A stretch of 64,000 nt of DNA, taken from Candidatus Margulisiibacteriota bacterium (GTDB taxonomy: Bacteria > Margulisbacteria > WOR-1 > O2-12-FULL-45-9). Each line of letters begins with the position of its first letter. Position 1 is the stretch's first letter. The stretch covers positions 38,605 to 102,604 of the forward strand of contig JAYEOW010000007.1 in the NCBI GenBank assembly GCA_034723395.1. The letters are read 5' to 3'. The notes below the pieces were generated by a model, which had not been told where the DNA came from, ran no database searches, and saw nothing but the letters and a program-made list of their open reading frames with translations. Of this stretch, positions 59,051 through 64,000 are shown piece by piece. Position numbers and translations under genes: made by a program.

Positions 59051-60736
59051 ATGATCAATGAGCTCTTTTGCCCTAATCCAAATTGTCCGCTTTACCGCGT
59101 AGGCGGCGAGGATAATGTTGTAAAATTCGGTAGTTACCAGACCAAGGGTGAGGAGCGGGGGAGATATCGCTGCAACCGTTGCGGCGAAACGTTCTCTGAG
59201 CGTGCGATGACCGGATTATATGGTTTGCATGCTGATAAAAAAAAGGTCGATAAAGTAATAAAAAAAATCAAAGGAGGGGATTCACTTAGAAAAATTAGTA
59301 GAGAGATGGATATTAAACTGGATACGGTCCGCTATTGGCGCGATCGTTTTATTAATCACAATCGGCAAAAAGTCGAGAGGAGGCAAAGTAAAATGGGATT
59401 AGATTCAGCAAGTAAAGAGGTATTAGAAAGGGCAAAAAAGGAAGAGATCAAGTTTATTCAGCTGCAGTTTACCGATATTTTGGGGATGATGAAGTGTGTG
59501 ATCATCCCGCTGGCCAAGCTCCACGACGCGTTCGAGAAAGGGGTCTGGTTTGATGGTTCGTCGATCGAGGGATTTGTGAGGATCGCCGAGTCGGATATGA
59601 TCTTAAAACCCGATCCTTTGACCTACCAGGTTATTCCGTGGAAGGTTGAGGGGAGAAAATCGGCCCGCTTGATCTGTGATATCCATACGCCGGACGGAAA
59701 ACCGTTCGAAGGAGACCCGCGGTCGATCCTAAAGCGGGCCTTGGCCGAAGCAGGGAAGCTGGGCTATGAGTTTAACACCGGACCGGAGGTTGAATTCTAC
59801 CTGCTAAAGAAGGAGAACGGCAAGATCACGACCGTTCCCCACGATATCGGCGGATATTTTGATTATCCGTCAAGAGATTATGCCTCAGAGGTCCGCGAAG
59901 ATATTATTTTCGCCCTCGAAGCGATGGGGATGACCTCGGAGATGTCTCACCATGAGGTCGGACCAGGGCAACACGAGATCGATGTTAAATATTCGGACGC
60001 CCTGCGTTCGGCGGATAACACGATCACGCTGAAATACGTGATCAAATCGATCGCTTCCCAGCACGATCTCTACGCTTCCTTTATGCCCAAGCCACTATAC
60101 GGCGAAGCGGGGTCAGGAATGCATGTCCACCAATCGCTGTTTGATAAAAAGGGGAAGAATGTCTTCTATGATGCGAAGGATAAATACAAACTTTCGAAAA
60201 TTGCGCATCAATACCTGGCAGGACAGCTTTCCCACGCGAAAGCATTGACTGCGATTGTCGCGCCGACCGTAAATTCATATAAACGATTAGTCTCCGGCTA
60301 CGAAGCGCCGGTCTATATCTGCTGGGGGCAGGTTAATCGTTCAGCCTTGATCCGTATCCCGCGCTATTCGGCGGGTAGGGAGCAGTCGACCCGGATGGAA
60401 CTTCGTTGCCCTGATCCGTCTTGTAATCCATATCTGGCCTTTGCGGCGATGTTAACGGCTGGTTTAGATGGAATTAAAAAGAAGATGGAGGCGCCGGCGC
60501 CGGTAGAAGAGGATGTTTATAAATTAAATGCAGCAGAACTTAAAGCAAAGAAGATCGATATGCTTCCTTTCTCTATTAAACGTTCAATTGAGGAGCTGGA
60601 GAAGGACAAAGTGGTTAAAGATGCTTTAGGAAGTCATACTTTTGCTAACTTTTTTGAAGCGAAGACCAAGGAGTTTGACGATTACCGGATGCAGATCACT
60701 CCGTGGGAGCTTGATAAATATTTAGAAGCCTTATAA
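59051..60736 (+). CDS. glnA: Type I glutamine synthetase with N-terminal IS1/InsA-like Zn-ribbon-HTH extension; internal start at 59393
   Basis: GS: FDGSSIEGF, HHEVGPGQHE, FMPKP..GSGMH, GYEAP, NRSALIR, NPYLA. Extension: CPNPNC..RYRCNRC..TF..SLRKISR..TVRYW. Confidence 0.93.
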   Translation: MINELFCPNPNCPLYRVGGEDNVVKFGSYQTKGEERGRYRCNRCGETFSERAMTGLYGLHADKKKVDKVIKKIKGGDSLRKISREMDIKLDTVRYWRDRFINHNRQKVERRQSKMGLDSASKEVLERAKKEEIKFIQLQFTDILGMMKCVIIPLAKLHDAFEKGVWFDGSSIEGFVRIAESDMILKPDPLTYQVIPWKVEGRKSARLICDIHTPDGKPFEGDPRSILKRALAEAGKLGYEFNTGPEVEFYLLKKENGKITTVPHDIGGYFDYPSRDYASEVREDIIFALEAMGMTSEMSHHEVGPGQHEIDVKYSDALRSADNTITLKYVIKSIASQHDLYASFMPKPLYGEAGSGMHVHQSLFDKKGKNVFYDAKDKYKLSKIAHQYLAGQLSHAKALTAIVAPTVNSYKRLVSGYEAPVYICWGQVNRSALIRIPRYSAGREQSTRMELRCPDPSCNPYLAFAAMLTAGLDGIKKKMEAPAPVEEDVYKLNAAELKAKKIDMLPFSIKRSIEELEKDKVVKDALGSHTFANFFEAKTKEFDDYRMQITPWELDKYLEAL

Positions 60737-60737
60737 T

Positions 60738-60769
60738 AATTACGAATTACGAATGCCGAATTACGAATT
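60738..60769. repeat. AATTACG heptamer array
   Basis: AATTACG AATTACG AATGCCG AATTACG AATT. Confidence 0.85.
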
Positions 60770-60786
60770 GATGTTATAATTATTAT

Positions 60787-61158
60787 ATGAGGCAGGATAT
60801 AGATATACATGAAAGAGTTTTAAAGTTCGGTATTCGGATAGTGAAGTTCTGTAAGGTTCTATCCAAGAATATTGATAATAGGGCAATTGCGGATCAATTG
60901 ATCCGGTCGGGGACTTCGGTTGGCGCTAATATGCAGGAAGCCGATTCTGCTTCGTCAAAGAAGGATTTTATTAATAAAGTAACGATAGCAAAGAAAGAAA
61001 TACAAGAAACAAATTACTGGCTGAAAATAATTAAAGGTTCAGACTTGATCAATAATGAAAGGAATAAAGTGGAATTAATGGATTTACTGCGTGAAAGTGA
61101 CGAGCTAACAAGGATCATCGGTTCCATTTTGTCACGAACGAAAAGCAAACTAGGATAA
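60787..61158 (+). CDS. Four-helix-bundle protein (23S rRNA IVP/bAvd-like)
   Basis: QLIRSGTSVGANMQEA, SKKDFINK, KEIQETNYWL. Confidence 0.93.
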   Translation: MRQDIDIHERVLKFGIRIVKFCKVLSKNIDNRAIADQLIRSGTSVGANMQEADSASSKKDFINKVTIAKKEIQETNYWLKIIKGSDLINNERNKVELMDLLRESDELTRIIGSILSRTKSKLG

Positions 61159-61267
61159 ATTGCTAATTACGAATGAAGAATTACGAATTAATGTCATATT
61201 ATTTTAATATCCCGAGCGGAGTCGAGGGATACATTCATTCGTCATTAGTAATTAGGAATTCGTAATT
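61158..61267. repeat. Direct and inverted AATTACG arrays enclosing a REP hairpin
   Basis: 61158-61190 direct; 61240-61267 inverted; atcccgagcggagtcgagggat at 61209-61230. Confidence 0.85.
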
Positions 61268-61273
61268 ATGAAC

Positions 61274-61311
61274 AAAAAAGAAGCCCCCTGAGTTAAACTC
61301 AGAGGGCTTTT
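61274..61311. terminator. Probable bidirectional intrinsic terminator
   Basis: AAGCCCCCTGAGT-taa-ACTCAGAGGGCTT (one mismatch) with A and T tracts, between convergent genes. Confidence 0.8.
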
Positions 61312-61333
61312 AAGTCTTCAGTCTTTAGTCTGT

Positions 61334-62692
<1,359 letters not shown>

Positions 62693-62718
62693 TTACATTT
62701 TATTTAAGGCAGGGTAGT

Positions 62719-62748
62719 ATTATACGGCAACCAATTGCCGTATGTCAA
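62719..62748 (-). promoter_or_regulatory. gdhA promoter with a palindromic operator filling the spacer (candidate NrpR site)
   Basis: Minus strand TTGACA-N18-TATAAT; ATACGGCAA-ccaa-TTGCCGTAT at 62722-62743. Confidence 0.8.
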
Positions 62749-62768
62749 GGGGGTCTTGACCCGGACAG

Positions 62769-62926
62769 CCCTCACCCGACATATAGGCTAAAGTTTAGTT
62801 TATCTTAAGCTTCCCTCTCCCGGAGGGAGAGGGGGTGATATTAAGGGCGAATACCGGTCAGTCCCTCTCCTTGCGGGAGAGGGTTGTTAAAGAAATGTTG
62901 TCGATAGAGATAAGTTTGGGTGAGGG
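62769..62926. repeat. REP/MITE-like element upstream of nrpR
   Basis: CCCTCACCC/GGGTGAGGG outer IR; two CCCTCTCC hairpins at 62813-62833 and 62863-62883. Confidence 0.8.
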
Positions 62927-62928
62927 AT

Positions 62929-63900
62929 ATGCAAAAGAAACTTAATACTATATTAAAAATGATAGCCGAATCGAGAGAACCGATCGGTTCTAAAGAAATT
63001 TCGGTAAAACTTAAGGAGCTTGGGATCGAGATGAGTGAGCGGACGGTCCGTTATCATCTTAAACAGCTAAATGATAGAGGTCTGTTAAAGATTTTCTGGA
63101 AAGAGGGGCGGATGCTGACCAAAAAAGGGATAGAAGAGCTGGATAATTCTATGATCTCAGAGAAAATCGGTCTGGTCAGTTACAGGATTGAGTCATTATC
63201 TTTTAAAATGGGATTTGATCTGGCAAAACAACAGGGGAGCGTGATCTTTAACTTAACTTTATTTCATAGAATCGAGTTTAAAAAAGCACTCAAGATTATG
63301 GCGGAGGCATTTAAGAATAACTTGTGTATGGGCCAATTGGTCAAAGTATCCGGACCGGGCGAAGAAGTTGGTGGTTTAAAGGTGCCGGCCGGTAAAATTT
63401 GCTTCGGCACGATGTGTGCGACCAATCTTAACGGAATTCTTTTAAAGGCCGGTATTCCTGTTGAATCAAAGTTTGGCGGGATTTTACAGATCGAGGACGA
63501 CAAACCTTTACGCTTTACTGAGCTGGTCAGCTATTCAGGTTCGACTTTGGACCCCCATGAGATATTCATTAGAAGCAGGATGACTGATGTGCGGGGGGCA
63601 TGCAAAGGCTCGGGCAAGATCCTGGCTGGTTTGCGTGAGATCCCGGCGGCTTCAAAAGAGAAGGCCGAAGAGATCATTAAGCAGGCGGAAAAAGCCGGTT
63701 TTGGCGGCGCTATTTATATTGGTAAGCCGGGCCAGCCGGTCTTAGGTATGCCGGTAGGGGTCGATAGGGTCGGACTGGTCATCCCCGGCGGGCTTAATCC
63801 GGTGGCAGCTTGCGAAGAGTGGGGTATTGAGGCGGAGAGCCAGGCATTAAGTGCTTTAGTTGATTTCGACCGTTTGAAAAATTTTTATGACTACAGTTAG
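62929..63900 (+). CDS. nrpR: Nitrogen repressor NrpR (wHTH plus NRD/DUF128)
   Basis: IGSKEIS, SERTVRYHL, GTMC..LNGILL..GIP, RFTELVSYSGSTLDPHEIF, GGLNPVA. Confidence 0.9.
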   Translation: MQKKLNTILKMIAESREPIGSKEISVKLKELGIEMSERTVRYHLKQLNDRGLLKIFWKEGRMLTKKGIEELDNSMISEKIGLVSYRIESLSFKMGFDLAKQQGSVIFNLTLFHRIEFKKALKIMAEAFKNNLCMGQLVKVSGPGEEVGGLKVPAGKICFGTMCATNLNGILLKAGIPVESKFGGILQIEDDKPLRFTELVSYSGSTLDPHEIFIRSRMTDVRGACKGSGKILAGLREIPAASKEKAEEIIKQAEKAGFGGAIYIGKPGQPVLGMPVGVDRVGLVIPGGLNPVAACEEWGIEAESQALSALVDFDRLKNFYDYS

Positions 63901-64000
63901 TACTGGATTAACTGGGCTCGATGCGATCGTTCAGAACTTGCGGCTGGGTGACAATGTAGTGTGGCAGGTTGATGATCTCAAAGATTATAAACATTTTGTT
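63887..64000 (+). CDS. 5' end of a PEP/pyruvate-binding-domain (PPDK-like) protein, 3' partial
   Basis: MTTVSTGLTGLDAIVQNLRLGDNVVWQVDD resembles the N-terminus of the gdh-associated family. Confidence 0.6.
   Translation, partial: MTTVSTGLTGLDAIVQNLRLGDNVVWQVDDLKDYKHFV

Noticed and set aside
59322..59340. ATACGG-N7-TTGGCG as a second NrpR site near the internal glnA start
   Set aside because: Lacks the GGCA/TGCC core, lies in coding sequence, and has no clear -35; could be chance.
59051..59392. Intact IS1 element
   Set aside because: No catalytic InsB/DDE region or terminal inverted repeats seen.
60738..61267. Possible CRISPR array or DGR
   Set aside because: Repeats are 7-mers without unique spacers; no cas gene, reverse transcriptase or TR/VR pair in the window.

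Overview
Chromosomal bacterial window, mostly housekeeping genes. It encodes miaB, prs, hom, birA, aroH/aroF, hflX, nadE, argF/G/H, ndk, pepA, metG, recO, glnA, gdhA and nrpR, plus two type IV pilin/T2SS gene groups, peptide and sugar ABC transporters, several two-component proteins, a glycolipid/glycosyltransferase operon and three SLH-domain envelope proteins. SLH-plus-beta-barrel proteins suggest a diderm Terrabacteria lineage; Ca. Saganbacteria/Margulisbacteria is my inference from gene content only. The AT-rich left end (1-3200) is accessory: HaeII-like restriction endonuclease, Vsr, and a two-gene nucleotidyltransferase cassette. No rRNA, tRNA, CRISPR array or intact transposase was seen. 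Most interesting observations: (1) the nucleotidyltransferase cassette is bracketed by two copies of a TACACTACA-N20-TGTAGTGTA site; (2) an IS1/InsA-like Zn-ribbon-HTH domain is fused in frame to glutamine synthetase, with evidence for two starts; (3) two degenerate orphan kinase-like genes share a TGAAAT-N16-CGATA promoter motif; (4) REP/MITE-like palindromes sit in frame inside genes or supply ribosome-binding sites; (5) a PorV-like barrel-SLH fusion lies next to a protein with a T9SS-like C-terminal domain; (6) a candidate NrpR operator fills the gdhA promoter spacer; (7) many promoters appear leaderless. All family assignments come from motif recognition, not database searches.
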